From Candidatus Kaiserbacteria bacterium CG10_big_fil_rev_8_21_14_0_10_47_16 (GTDB lineage: Bacteria; Patescibacteriota; Minisyncoccia; Phycocordibacterales; UBA918), in NCBI GenBank assembly GCA_002773395.1, contig PFBI01000006.1, positions 156,657 to 220,656 on the forward strand: a stretch of DNA of 64,000 nt, given 5' to 3'. This document shows positions 20,539 to 29,802 of the stretch, in pieces. Numbering within the stretch: the first letter of the stretch is position 1; every line of letters begins with the position of its first letter. The position numbers were made by a program, and so were the translations under genes. Below the pieces are notes generated by a model that made no database searches, was not told the origin of the DNA, and was given only the letters and a program-made list of their open reading frames with translations.

Positions 20539-21750
20539 ATGCCAGAAGAAAAAGCATCGGTCCTCGACCGCATTGTTTCTGCAGTAACCTCAAAGAATGA
20601 GAGTGACGCAGACGTAGCACCCGCTACACCAAAAGCATCTGAAGATGAAGAACCCGAAGATGCAGCAGACAAGAAGCTCAGTCTCATGCAAACATTGCTT
20701 GTAGACAGCCCGACACCTCCAAAGGAAGGTGACATTATTGAAGGTACCGTATCAGCAATTGGTCGCGCTCGTGTATACATCGACTTGCCACCATTTGGTA
20801 CTGGTCTCTTGTACGGACGTGAATTCATGAACGCTCGAGATATCCTCCGTAAGGTAGGTATCGGTGATAGTATCGCAGCGAAAGTTGTTGATGCTGGAAA
20901 CGAAGATGGCTACATTGAGCTTTCACTCAAGGAAGCTCGACAAGCACTCATCTGGAGTGATGCTGAAGCAGGTGCAAAGAATCAGACTGTCATGAGTCTT
21001 GAGGTCAAAGAAGCAAACAAGGGTGGTCTCATCCTTGATTGGCAAGGTATCCAAGGATTCCTCCCAGCGTCACAGCTTGCAGCTGAACACTACCCACGTG
21101 TTGAAGACGGTGATAAGGATAAAATCCTTTACGAACTTCAAAATCTCGTTGGTCAATTCCTTTCAGTAATTATCATTACTGCGGATCAGAAAGAAGGTAA
21201 GCTCATCTTCTCTGAAAAGGGGCCACAAGAAAAAGAAGAGAAGGAAGAGAAAGTACGAAACTACGAAGTTGGTGATACGCTCTCAGGAGAGATCACTGGT
21301 GTTGTAGACTTCGGTGTCTTCGTCAAGCTTGAGGAAGGACTTGAAGGTCTCGTACACATCTCAGAACTCGACTGGGGACTCGTTGAAGATACTCGCAGTA
21401 TGTACAAGGTTGGTGATCGCGTACAGGTGAAAGTGATTGAAGTAAAGGATGACAAGATTTCTCTCTCAATCAAACAGCTCCGCGAGAACCCTTGGGTATC
21501 TGCAGGAAACAAATACAAGAAAGAACAGGAAGTACAGGGTGTTATCATCAAGTACAACAAGCACGGTGCGCTCGCATCTATCGAGGAAGGTGTTGCTGGT
21601 CTCGTACACATCTCAGAATTTGAGAGTGAAGAAGATCTTAAGAACAAGCTTTCACTCGGACAGAGCTATCCGTTTACCATTACACTCTTTGAACCAAAGG
21701 AACAGCGTATGACGCTTTCGTTTAAGAAAGAGGAGGAAGTGAAGAAGTAA
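20539..21750 (+). CDS. rpsA: 30S ribosomal protein S1 (short, 4 S1 domains)
   Basis: Repeated S1 domains (GEITGVVDFGVFVKLEEGLEGLVHISELDW..., GVIIKYNKHGALASIEEGVAGLVHISEF). Confidence 0.85.
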   Translation: MPEEKASVLDRIVSAVTSKNESDADVAPATPKASEDEEPEDAADKKLSLMQTLLVDSPTPPKEGDIIEGTVSAIGRARVYIDLPPFGTGLLYGREFMNARDILRKVGIGDSIAAKVVDAGNEDGYIELSLKEARQALIWSDAEAGAKNQTVMSLEVKEANKGGLILDWQGIQGFLPASQLAAEHYPRVEDGDKDKILYELQNLVGQFLSVIIITADQKEGKLIFSEKGPQEKEEKEEKVRNYEVGDTLSGEITGVVDFGVFVKLEEGLEGLVHISELDWGLVEDTRSMYKVGDRVQVKVIEVKDDKISLSIKQLRENPWVSAGNKYKKEQEVQGVIIKYNKHGALASIEEGVAGLVHISEFESEEDLKNKLSLGQSYPFTITLFEPKEQRMTLSFKKEEEVKK

Positions 21751-21767
21751 GGTACAGGAGAATACAA

Positions 21768-21797
21768 AAAGCCCCGCGCCTTTGGCGCGGGGCTTTT
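21768..21797. terminator. bidirectional terminator between rpsA and pth
   Basis: aaaagccccgcgcc-tttg-gcgcggggcttttt. Confidence 0.7.
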
Positions 21798-21804
21798 TGT
21801 ATTC

Positions 21805-22383
21805 CTACGCGTTATACGCATTCATCGTTTTTGCAACACCCTCTTCCACAATCATCTTGAGCGCCGCAACCATGTCTGGCATGCGTGCCTCTAATCTCGA
21901 GCGTTCTCGCTTCGTGAAGTCCTTTAACACAAAATCAGCAATACGATCCCCTTTTGGTCGATGCGCGTTCCCAAAGAGTGAAACGGGGCAAATACCAACT
22001 CGCAGTCTGATGAATTCCTGTGAACCCAGTGAACGAACAACTGACTCAACACCATTATGTCCCCCACTTCCACGCCCAACACTTACCTTAAATGCGCCAA
22101 TGGGAATATCGAGATCATCGTGTACCACAATAATACTATCTGCGTCAGATACTGCCTTTTTTACCGATGCGCCACTCGCATTCATAAAAGTATTCGGAAG
22201 AAGTACTCGAACGTTCGTACCTGAGAGAGTCCCCTCGGACATATCCGCGACGAGCGCGCTCGAAGGCACAAAGTTTGGGAGACCGACAGTTTCCACAAAA
22301 CTGGCTACGACGAGCGCACCAGCATTGTGTCGTGTGTTTGCGTACGGAGGAGTAGGGTTTCGAAGTCCAACAATTGTGTACAT
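21805..22383 (-). CDS. pth: peptidyl-tRNA hydrolase
   Basis: MYTIVGLRNPTPPYANTRHNAG (Pth N-terminal signature with catalytic His); start at M11 of the track ORF. Confidence 0.85.
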   Translation of the reverse strand: MYTIVGLRNPTPPYANTRHNAGALVVASFVETVGLPNFVPSSALVADMSEGTLSGTNVRVLLPNTFMNASGASVKKAVSDADSIIVVHDDLDIPIGAFKVSVGRGSGGHNGVESVVRSLGSQEFIRLRVGICPVSLFGNAHRPKGDRIADFVLKDFTKRERSRLEARMPDMVAALKMIVEEGVAKTMNAYNA

Positions 22384-22417
22384 ATGTGTACTTGTATTGT
22401 ACACGATTTGCATAAAC

Positions 22418-22446
22418 TTGCTCCTATCAGAGCAAGCGACTATAAT
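22418..22446 (+). promoter_or_regulatory. promoter of lepB (TTGCTC-N17-TATAAT), nearly leaderless
   Basis: -35 at 22418-23, -10 at 22441-46, ATG at 22462. Confidence 0.45.
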
Positions 22447-22461
22447 GGTCTACATTCAACT

Positions 22462-23106
22462 ATGGAACAGCCACTACACAGTACCGTTGAAGCAAAAGAC
22501 AGTGCTGTTACCCCTGTATCCAGTCCCCTATCACCTAAAGAAAAGAAAGAACCGTCATTTCTCGGCGAATTCTTTCGTTTCTCTCTTATTGCAATCATCA
22601 TTGTGGTACCCATCCGTTTCTTTGTTGCACAACCATTTATTGTTTCTGGCGCATCAATGGAAAACACGTTTGAAACCGGCGAATACCTCATCGTTGATCA
22701 AGTGACCTACAAGCTCTCTGAGCCAAGTCGCGGTGACGTCATTGTATTTCACTACCCGAAAGATCCTTCAAAGTTCTACATCAAGCGTGTTATTGGTCTT
22801 CCGGGCGACACCGTATCTATAGTCGATGCGCAGGTAACCATCACGAACACCGAACACCCTGAAGGAGTGGTTCTCGATGAACCATACATCAAGCATATGT
22901 CCCCCGCAGCACCCTCATCAGTCACACTCGGTACCGACGAATACTTCGTTATGGGTGACAATCGCGACAAGAGTTCTGACTCCCGCATATGGGGAGTGCT
23001 CACACGTGAGGGCATTGTCGGTCGCGCATACCTCAGACTCTTCCCGATCACAAACGCTGCATACCTCCCCGGAACATACGATATCAATAGCGAAGTTAAT
23101 CAATAA
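22462..23106 (+). CDS. lepB: signal peptidase I
   Basis: Catalytic Ser box GASMENTF, ...GDVIVFHYP..., YFVMGDNRDKSSDSRIWG (Lys box). Confidence 0.8.
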   Translation: MEQPLHSTVEAKDSAVTPVSSPLSPKEKKEPSFLGEFFRFSLIAIIIVVPIRFFVAQPFIVSGASMENTFETGEYLIVDQVTYKLSEPSRGDVIVFHYPKDPSKFYIKRVIGLPGDTVSIVDAQVTITNTEHPEGVVLDEPYIKHMSPAAPSSVTLGTDEYFVMGDNRDKSSDSRIWGVLTREGIVGRAYLRLFPITNAAYLPGTYDINSEVNQ

Positions 23107-23110
23107 ATCT

Positions 23111-24277
23111 ATGTCACTCATTTCTTCAGTTGATTTTCTCAAGCACGGCGTAAACACGATTAGACATTTTGGATTTAAATCAGTCGATGAACTCAAAAAC
23201 GACCCGCTCTGCAGAGAATGTAAAAAAAGAGTTGATGACAAAACATCCGCTGTCGACAAACGTGTAGACGGTCTTCATGGCATGCTCACGGGCGGCGCTG
23301 CAACATACTTCGGCAGTCGATTGAATGCAATTGAAGGACCAGTACTTTTCTATACAACAGAAACCGTTCCGCGCACCGGAGACGCTGCCCTCTCTCTCCA
23401 CATATTTGGTGTAGAAAAGAGCATCGCTGAAGCGCTCCTTATTCAAACAATGCGCGCACTCGCAAATGAAAGCGGTTTCCCGAACCACAGTGTCCGCATC
23501 AATTCCCTTGGAGACGATGACTCCGTAGCGCGCTACACGCGTGAACTCACAAACTATCTTCGAAAGCGTGCCGACGTATTGCCTCCTGCTGCGCGTGAAC
23601 TCATGAAGGAACATGCATTCTCAGCACTCATGCACCTTATCGAACGTGATGACGAACTCGCACGCAAGAGTCCAAACTCTCTTGAGTATCTCAGTGACCC
23701 AAGTCGAAAACATTTTCGCGAGATTATCGAATACCTCGATATGAGTCAAACCCCATACGAAATTGATTCATCACTCATCGGACACCACCAGTGTTACTCA
23801 GATGCACTCTTTGCATTTGACCTCTTTGATGAAGAATCAAACAAACTCAAAGAACAACCACTCTACATCCGCGGTGGCCGATACGGCACCTTTGTAAAAC
23901 GAATGAGCGGACTCACGGTACCCGCAGTATCTGCAGTCGCAGTCCTTCGTGATAAGAAAGCTCCGACCCACCTTCCGAAGATGAAGATACCTACACCATC
24001 AGTCTTTGTGGTACAGCTTGGCTTTGGACCAAAAATAAAAAGTCTCCTTCTCATCAACGAACTCCGTGAAGCAGGTATTCCAGTATTCCAAAATCTCACC
24101 AGCGACTCACTTTCAGGACAACTCCTTGAAGCTGCAGAACGCAATACACGCTTTGCACTCATTGTCGGACAGAAAGAATTTATTGACGACAGTGTTATAC
24201 TGCGAGATCTCCACGCACAATCACAAGAAAGCGTCCCTATCAGTGGCATCGTACGGCGTCTCCAGCGCGTTCTCTAG
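23111..24277 (+). CDS. histidyl-tRNA synthetase-like class II aaRS paralog with degenerate motif 2 and intact anticodon-binding-like domain (HisZ-like)
   Basis: Matches the HisRS mid/C-terminal regions: HIFGVEKSIAEALLIQT...INSLG, NSLEYLSDPSRK (resembling LNPLRILDSK), RGGRYGTF (resembling GGRYD) and a C-terminal alpha/beta anticodon-binding fold (VFVVQLGFG...ALIVGQKEF). Where the motif-2 arginines (FRYERPQ.GRYRQF) should be, the sequence reads LFYTTETVPRTGDAALSL. Confidence 0.5.
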   Translation: MSLISSVDFLKHGVNTIRHFGFKSVDELKNDPLCRECKKRVDDKTSAVDKRVDGLHGMLTGGAATYFGSRLNAIEGPVLFYTTETVPRTGDAALSLHIFGVEKSIAEALLIQTMRALANESGFPNHSVRINSLGDDDSVARYTRELTNYLRKRADVLPPAARELMKEHAFSALMHLIERDDELARKSPNSLEYLSDPSRKHFREIIEYLDMSQTPYEIDSSLIGHHQCYSDALFAFDLFDEESNKLKEQPLYIRGGRYGTFVKRMSGLTVPAVSAVAVLRDKKAPTHLPKMKIPTPSVFVVQLGFGPKIKSLLLINELREAGIPVFQNLTSDSLSGQLLEAAERNTRFALIVGQKEFIDDSVILRDLHAQSQESVPISGIVRRLQRVL

Positions 24278-24348
24278 AGAGAAAAGCCTCGTGATATACT
24301 AAAAACAAGGGTGGGTTATCACCTTTTATACATAGTTATATTTATAGT

Positions 24349-24759
24349 ATGAACAAGTTTTTTCAGCATATGCTTTGGGATACACACGCACTTCTCGTTG
24401 CACGTGTACTCATGGGAGGTATGTTTTTGCTCGCAGGTATCGATAAACTACAAAACATCGACGGCATCGCCCTCATGATTGCGGGCGCAGGTCTTCCTGC
24501 TGCCGGTCTCCTTGCATGGCTTTCAGGGATTTTTGAAGTACTTGCAGGAGCAGCAATTATCGTTGGGTATCACTTCCGCGAAGCTGCTGTGCTTCTCGCC
24601 CTCTTCACATTGGTGGTAGCGTTTCTCTTTCATACCCCAACCTCATGGACAGAGAGTCCAATCCAGAAAGTATTCTTTATGAAAGACATGGCGATCTTTG
24701 CAGGTCTCCTCTTTATGGCCGCACACGGATCAGGAAATACGTGGAAGGTACGAAAGTAA
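24349..24759 (+). CDS. DoxX-family membrane protein
   Basis: 136 aa, 4 TM; hydrophobicity pattern and size resemble DoxX; no diagnostic motif identified. Confidence 0.55.
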   Translation: MNKFFQHMLWDTHALLVARVLMGGMFLLAGIDKLQNIDGIALMIAGAGLPAAGLLAWLSGIFEVLAGAAIIVGYHFREAAVLLALFTLVVAFLFHTPTSWTESPIQKVFFMKDMAIFAGLLFMAAHGSGNTWKVRK

Positions 24760-24774
24760 CCGATATGTATATAA

Positions 24775-24806
24775 AAGGCCGAGAGCGAAGCTCTCGGCCT
24801 TTTATA
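24775..24806. terminator. bidirectional terminator (doxX / fba convergent)
   Basis: aaaaggccgagagc-gaag-ctctcggcctttt. Confidence 0.7.
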
Positions 24807-24819
24807 ATACGTTTCTATA

Positions 24820-25839
24820 TTATCCTTTGTCTTCTGATGCGTTGTACTTTCCTTGTTGTGCGAGACTGTTCATTTTTGTGCGATAGAGCAATGCTTGTTG
24901 TGCTTTCTCGATGTTTCCATCTTTTCCCTGCCATGCGGTCAAGACCGGTTCCTCAAGTGCGCGAGAAAACGATGACGAGATTGGCCATGGCTGCTTCCCC
25001 ATTTTTGCAATCGCATGTAAATTTTCGGTTGCACGTTTTGGTGCCTGCCCACCGGACAGAAATACGATACCCCCGACGTCATGCGGAACCCCGAGCCGTA
25101 GTGTGCGGAGCGTACTATCAGCAACCTCTTCTGGTGTAGACGGTGTCTTGTACATATCTCCCGCAAGTACCATCGATGTTTTGAGAATAAGACCTTTGAA
25201 GTCAACACGGTACATACGAAGTTTCGTAAACAATATTTGTAGCGCACGTGTTGTTACTTCTTCGGCACGTTGTAGGGAATGGTTGCCTGCAAAGATAACT
25301 TCCGGCTCAACCATTGGAACAATACCTGCAGCCTGCGCGAGCGCAGCATAGCGTGCAAGCATGATTGCGTTTATCTCCAAACACTCGTCCGATGGGAGTG
25401 TGTCTCCGTCGATAGTAATGACCGCCCGCCACTTGGCAAACCGTGCACCGAGCGTGTAATACTCCTTAAATCGGTCGGCGAGACCATCGAGTCCTTCGGT
25501 CACCACTTCTCCATCAAATCCTTCAAGTGGTACCGTGCCGGTATCAACCTTTATTCCTGGAATAATACCGCGAGCGGCAAGTACGTCAGCAAACGGCACT
25601 CCACCTTTTGTTTCTCCTCGTATGGTTGAGTCGTATAAAATAACACCCGAGAGATACTCCTCAATGCCTGGTGCAGTAAAAAGGAGTTCACGAAACGCAC
25701 GACGATGTTCAATTTCATTTGGAAGATGGACCATTTCGAGTCGCTTTCCTGCAGTCCCATCACTCTCATCTGCAGCAAGAATTCCCTTACCGCTCTCCAT
25801 CATCTGTGCAACAATTTTATAAAGATCGTTTTGATTCAT
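24820..25839 (-). CDS. fba: class I fructose-bisphosphate aldolase
   Basis: 339 aa; ...GKGILAADESDGTAGKRL... (class I FBA N-terminal signature). Confidence 0.8.
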   Translation of the reverse strand: MNQNDLYKIVAQMMESGKGILAADESDGTAGKRLEMVHLPNEIEHRRAFRELLFTAPGIEEYLSGVILYDSTIRGETKGGVPFADVLAARGIIPGIKVDTGTVPLEGFDGEVVTEGLDGLADRFKEYYTLGARFAKWRAVITIDGDTLPSDECLEINAIMLARYAALAQAAGIVPMVEPEVIFAGNHSLQRAEEVTTRALQILFTKLRMYRVDFKGLILKTSMVLAGDMYKTPSTPEEVADSTLRTLRLGVPHDVGGIVFLSGGQAPKRATENLHAIAKMGKQPWPISSSFSRALEEPVLTAWQGKDGNIEKAQQALLYRTKMNSLAQQGKYNASEDKG

Positions 25840-25869
25840 ACAAAAATAATATCATGCTTACTGCACTCG

Positions 25870-26607
25870 CTACGCGCGGATTTTCCACCCGATCTTAAAG
25901 AGGTATGTCACGAGTGCTGCGAGACCTACAAGCAGACCCCCAATAACGAGTAGTCCAACCCCCGGATTTGCTTCACTCACACCAATCATTGAACTACGGA
26001 TACCATCCACAAAATAGAAGAACGGATTGATGTGTGTCAGAAGCTGTGCAGATTGCGGAAGCATCGTCACTGAATAGAAGATACCGCCGAGATACGTAAA
26101 CGGGGTGATGATAAAGGTATTGAGAATAGTAAGTTGTTCAAAGCCGTCTGCCCACAATGCCACCAACATACCAAGCAGTGAAAAGATTCCAGAAACGGCA
26201 ATCACGTACAGTACAAATCCAATAGGATTAACGAGCGTCACTGCGCCGAAGAAGAGTCCGACAACGAGAATAAGGAACGCAACAATAAGTGCTCGAAGGA
26301 CTGCACCGAACATATATCCAAAAATCATTTCCACATACGAGAACGGTGCGAGAAGAATTTCTTCAATACCTTTTACAAAGCGTGCGAAGTAAAGTGATGA
26401 AGAACTACTCGAGAATGACGCATTGATAATACTGAGCATCAAAATACCCGGAAACACGAACGTGATGTACGGAACCCCTACAATATTTTCAATACGTGAA
26501 CCAACCACAAACCCGAAGATGAATATGTATAGTGTCGCCGAAATAACCGGTGCGAGTACCGTCTGTACAACAACGCGCATCGTTCGTTCAACTTCACGTC
26601 GTACCAT
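25870..26607 (-). CDS. ABC-2 family transporter permease
   Basis: 6 TM segments. Start taken at MVRREVERTM (ATG 26605-07), because the longer ORF N-terminus overlaps a 17-bp inverted-repeat element. Confidence 0.65.
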   Translation of the reverse strand: MVRREVERTMRVVVQTVLAPVISATLYIFIFGFVVGSRIENIVGVPYITFVFPGILMLSIINASFSSSSSSLYFARFVKGIEEILLAPFSYVEMIFGYMFGAVLRALIVAFLILVVGLFFGAVTLVNPIGFVLYVIAVSGIFSLLGMLVALWADGFEQLTILNTFIITPFTYLGGIFYSVTMLPQSAQLLTHINPFFYFVDGIRSSMIGVSEANPGVGLLVIGGLLVGLAALVTYLFKIGWKIRA

Positions 26608-26629
26608 CGTATAGACTCCTATCCAGTTT

Positions 26630-26728
26630 ACCCCGTTAGAAATTATTGAGCGGTTTCTTTTGTTTTCAATATTTTGTGTGTTGTTCATACTTATGTACAT
26701 TGACGCTTTTGATAATTTCTAACGGGGT
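26630..26728. repeat. MITE-like element: perfect 17-bp terminal inverted repeats (accccgttagaaattat / ataatttctaacggggt) enclosing 65 nt, between the ABC ATPase and permease genes
   Basis: Arms at 26630-26646 and 26712-26728 are exact reverse complements. The arms resemble those of the element at 59900-60022. Confidence 0.45.
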
Positions 26729-26741
26729 TAATTCCCATACG

Positions 26742-27485
26742 CTAAAATGTTTCTCCTTTAGTAATTTCTAAATACCGTTGTTCAAGCGACTTTCCACCTG
26801 CAATAAACTCATTTTTTGTCCCTTCTGCAATAATCTTTCCATTGTTAATGATAGCAATGTCATTACAAAGCATCTCAATCTCTTCAAGATAGTGTGACGT
26901 CAAAATGATAGTCTTGCCTCGCTGCTCATTGAGCTCACGGAGATACGCCCAGAGTTCATGACGCTGCTCTACATCCACTCCTGCCGTTGGTTCATCAAGG
27001 ATAAGGAGATCTGGCGCATGCACGAGTCCGCGCGCAAGCATGACACGACGCTTCAATCCTCCTGAGAGGTGCTGAAACTTTTTGTTGCGGTGTGCTTCTA
27101 AATCAAAGCGTGCAATGAGTTCATCAATGCGAGATTGCCGTTCACGCTTCGGCATACCGTAGTAGCCACCAACATAATCGAGGAGCTGATCAGGTGTTGA
27201 GAAGATATCTACATTGAACTCCTGTGGTGAGAGACCGACTTTTTTACGGGCAGTCTTGTACTCTTTCACTACATCAGTACCATCAATCATAATTGAACCG
27301 CTTGTTATCTTTGCAATTCCGGTAATGCAGTGAATCGTACTTGATTTCCCTGCACCATTTGGACCAAGTAAACCAAAAAATGCACCCCGTGGGATACGGA
27401 GTGAAAGGTCTGCGACCGCGGTCTTATCGCCATACTTCTTTACAAGGTGATCGATCACCAAAATATCATCTGTTGCCTTTTGCAT
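26742..27485 (-). CDS. ABC transporter ATP-binding protein
   Basis: Walker A GPNGAGKSST, signature LSGGLKRR, Walker B LLILDEP. Confidence 0.85.
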   Translation of the reverse strand: MQKATDDILVIDHLVKKYGDKTAVADLSLRIPRGAFFGLLGPNGAGKSSTIHCITGIAKITSGSIMIDGTDVVKEYKTARKKVGLSPQEFNVDIFSTPDQLLDYVGGYYGMPKRERQSRIDELIARFDLEAHRNKKFQHLSGGLKRRVMLARGLVHAPDLLILDEPTAGVDVEQRHELWAYLRELNEQRGKTIILTSHYLEEIEMLCNDIAIINNGKIIAEGTKNEFIAGGKSLEQRYLEITKGETF

Positions 27486-27509
27486 GGCTATAGCATAGCA
27501 TGGCGATGC

Positions 27510-28253
27510 ATGACAGACGAAGAAACGTGGATACTCCGAGATAAATATAACGGCCAGAAATGCGAAGCATTTCTGGCCGACGTAAAACGCCTCAACGGAG
27601 GCGAGCCATTAGGGTATATCATCGGGTATGTCCCCTTTCTTGATACAAAGATATTCCTTGATTCAAAACCACTCATTCCACGTTCCGAAACAGAATTCTG
27701 GACACATACCGTCATCCAAGATATCGAAACAAAAGCCCCGCATATCCTCGATTTGTGCGCAGGCTCGGGATGCATTGGTATTGCACTTGCGAAGCATTTC
27801 GACCACGCACTCGTTGAGTTTGCAGAAATTGAACAAACGCATCACAAAACCATCAGACGCAATCTGGAAGAAAATGGAATTGATAGCACCACCGTACCTA
27901 TATACGGAGGGAGCTTATTTGAGGAAATACCCACAACGAAACAATACGATCTGATCGTGAGTAATCCGCCCTACATAGATCCTGCACTTGATCGCACGGA
28001 GTCATCTGTACGTAATTTTGAGCCACAGGTTGCACTCTACGGTGGTGAGCGTGGTTTGGTGCTCATTGAGCAAATTATCGCCGAGAGTCCGCAACACCTC
28101 ACCGTTGGCGGTGTCCTTTATATCGAACATGAACCTGAGCACGTAGAAGACATTGAACGCCTCGGTGCCACGTTCGGTTTTACTGTAGAAGTACACCCCG
28201 ACCAGTACGGGGTAAAAAGATATTCAAAACTCACGTACACGAGTTCCCTTTAG
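27510..28253 (+). CDS. prmC: release factor glutamine N5-methyltransferase
   Basis: NPPY motif (VSNPPYI), SAM motif LDLCAGSGCIG, N-terminal ...IPRSETE. Start could also be 27447. Confidence 0.75.
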   Translation: MTDEETWILRDKYNGQKCEAFLADVKRLNGGEPLGYIIGYVPFLDTKIFLDSKPLIPRSETEFWTHTVIQDIETKAPHILDLCAGSGCIGIALAKHFDHALVEFAEIEQTHHKTIRRNLEENGIDSTTVPIYGGSLFEEIPTTKQYDLIVSNPPYIDPALDRTESSVRNFEPQVALYGGERGLVLIEQIIAESPQHLTVGGVLYIEHEPEHVEDIERLGATFGFTVEVHPDQYGVKRYSKLTYTSSL

Positions 28254-28270
28254 TATGGCAAAATAGTCAT

Positions 28271-28489
28271 ATGCAGACAGATGCTTCCCTCACGACCCTC
28301 ATACAACTCGGCGCGCAGGGAATTTTTTATATTCTCTTACTTATCTTTGCGATCCATCTTCTCATTCTGAGCTATCACTGGTTTACGTACGGAACGAGTC
28401 GTGCGTCAGGTCTCACGGCACTCTTTATATATCTCGGCGGTTCCGTACTCTGTTTCAGCATCATGTTGGTAAGCCTCAGCGCCCTTTAA
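28271..28489 (+). CDS. small two-TM membrane protein (hypothetical)
   Basis: 72 aa, two hydrophobic helices; lies 10 nt before the next gene. Confidence 0.3.
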   Translation: MQTDASLTTLIQLGAQGIFYILLLIFAIHLLILSYHWFTYGTSRASGLTALFIYLGGSVLCFSIMLVSLSAL

Positions 28490-28499
28490 TTTCTCCGTC

Positions 28500-29063
28500 A
28501 TGATTTTCGACAAAATACAATTTGAATCCGATGAAAAGATACTCGTTTCGACCCGCAGACATTGGTTTGTGCTTTTTGTTGACTTCTTCGGTCTCGTTCT
28601 CATGGCAGTCACTCCACTGATTCTCCTTCTTGTCATAAACATTTCAACGCTCCCTATTGGGAACCTCCTTACAACGTACACTCCGATACTTAGTTTTCTC
28701 TATGCGGTATGGATCTTACTACTCTGGATCAGTGCATTTAACGCATGGACCAACTATTACCTCGACCTTGTCACCATCACCAATCGTCGCGTTATCGTCA
28801 TAAATCAAAAAGGATTTTTTCGACGAAGTCTCTCGAGCTTCAGACTCGAACGCCTGCAAGATATGAACGTTGAAATCAATGGTCTTATTGAAACCATGCT
28901 TGATTTCGGAGAGCTCCACGCAGAAACCGCTGGTGCCGATGATGATGAATTCCGTATTACGGGAATGCCAAACCCTCGCAACCTTAAATCAATCATTGTA
29001 AAAGCATCAGACGACATGCTCGACAAGTACCGTGTTCCAACGAGCGTTATCGACGGAGTGTAA
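28500..29063 (+). CDS. bacterial PH-domain (bPH_2, YdbS/YdbT-like) membrane protein
   Basis: Two N-terminal TMs, then WTNYYLDLVTITNRRVIVINQKGFFRRSLSSFRLERLQDMNVE (bPH_2-like). Confidence 0.55.
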   Translation: MIFDKIQFESDEKILVSTRRHWFVLFVDFFGLVLMAVTPLILLLVINISTLPIGNLLTTYTPILSFLYAVWILLLWISAFNAWTNYYLDLVTITNRRVIVINQKGFFRRSLSSFRLERLQDMNVEINGLIETMLDFGELHAETAGADDDEFRITGMPNPRNLKSIIVKASDDMLDKYRVPTSVIDGV

Positions 29064-29081
29064 TCCTGAAGCAAGAAGTGA

Positions 29082-29792
29082 GTGCTACAATATGCATATT
29101 ATTCTATGCCGGTCTTTCTCATAGCATTTCTCGGTGGTCTCATTCCAGCTCTCTTCTGGCTGTGGTTCTGGTTGCGAGAAGATAAAGCTCGTCCAGAACC
29201 GCGCCTCCTTATCTTTTCATCGTTCGTTGCCGGCATGCTCGTGGTACCACTTGTACTTCCGCTTCAACAATTTGCTGTCGAACGCTTTGTCGGTGACAAC
29301 CTCATCTTTGTCTGGGTGGTTATTGAGGAAGTCCTCAAGTACAGCGCGGCGCTCCTCGTTGTACTTTGGAACAAAGAAGTGGATGAACCCATTGATTGCA
29401 TCATTTACATGATCACCATTGCACTCGGTTTCTCTGCAGTGGAGAACGCTCTCTTTCTCTTCGCACCACTCACACACGGCGATACAATCAACTCTCTCCT
29501 CACGAGTAACTTCCGTTTCTTAGGTGCAACACTCCTGCATATTCTTGCATCAGGTACTGTAGGAGTCGCGATGGCACTCTCATTTTATAAGCGAGACATC
29601 ACAAGAATCATCTATGCTACAGTAGGGTTATGCATAGCCATCGTATTGCATGCTCTTTTTAACTTTTTTATAATGAGAGCAAGCGGAGGATCAATCCTCA
29701 GCGTCTTCTTTTTTGTCTGGATTGGAATTATTGTTCTATTCTTCCTCTTTGAAAAAGTAAAATTCCTCGAACGGTACAAACATATCATTTAA
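29082..29792 (+). CDS. PrsW-family intramembrane metalloprotease
   Basis: EExxK motif (IEEVLKYSAA), FSAVENALF, HxxxN (HALFNFF); 7 TM. The GTG at 29082 or the ATG at 29106 could be the start. Confidence 0.6.
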   Translation: MLQYAYYSMPVFLIAFLGGLIPALFWLWFWLREDKARPEPRLLIFSSFVAGMLVVPLVLPLQQFAVERFVGDNLIFVWVVIEEVLKYSAALLVVLWNKEVDEPIDCIIYMITIALGFSAVENALFLFAPLTHGDTINSLLTSNFRFLGATLLHILASGTVGVAMALSFYKRDITRIIYATVGLCIAIVLHALFNFFIMRASGGSILSVFFFVWIGIIVLFFLFEKVKFLERYKHII

Positions 29793-29802
29793 TTTGTTCA
29801 TT

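Noticed and set aside
25870-26700. Longer 276-aa version of the ABC-2 permease ORF
   Set aside because: Its first 31 codons overlap the right arm and interior of the 17-bp inverted-repeat element. The canonical permease N-terminus (MVRREVERT...) starts at the internal ATG 26605-07.
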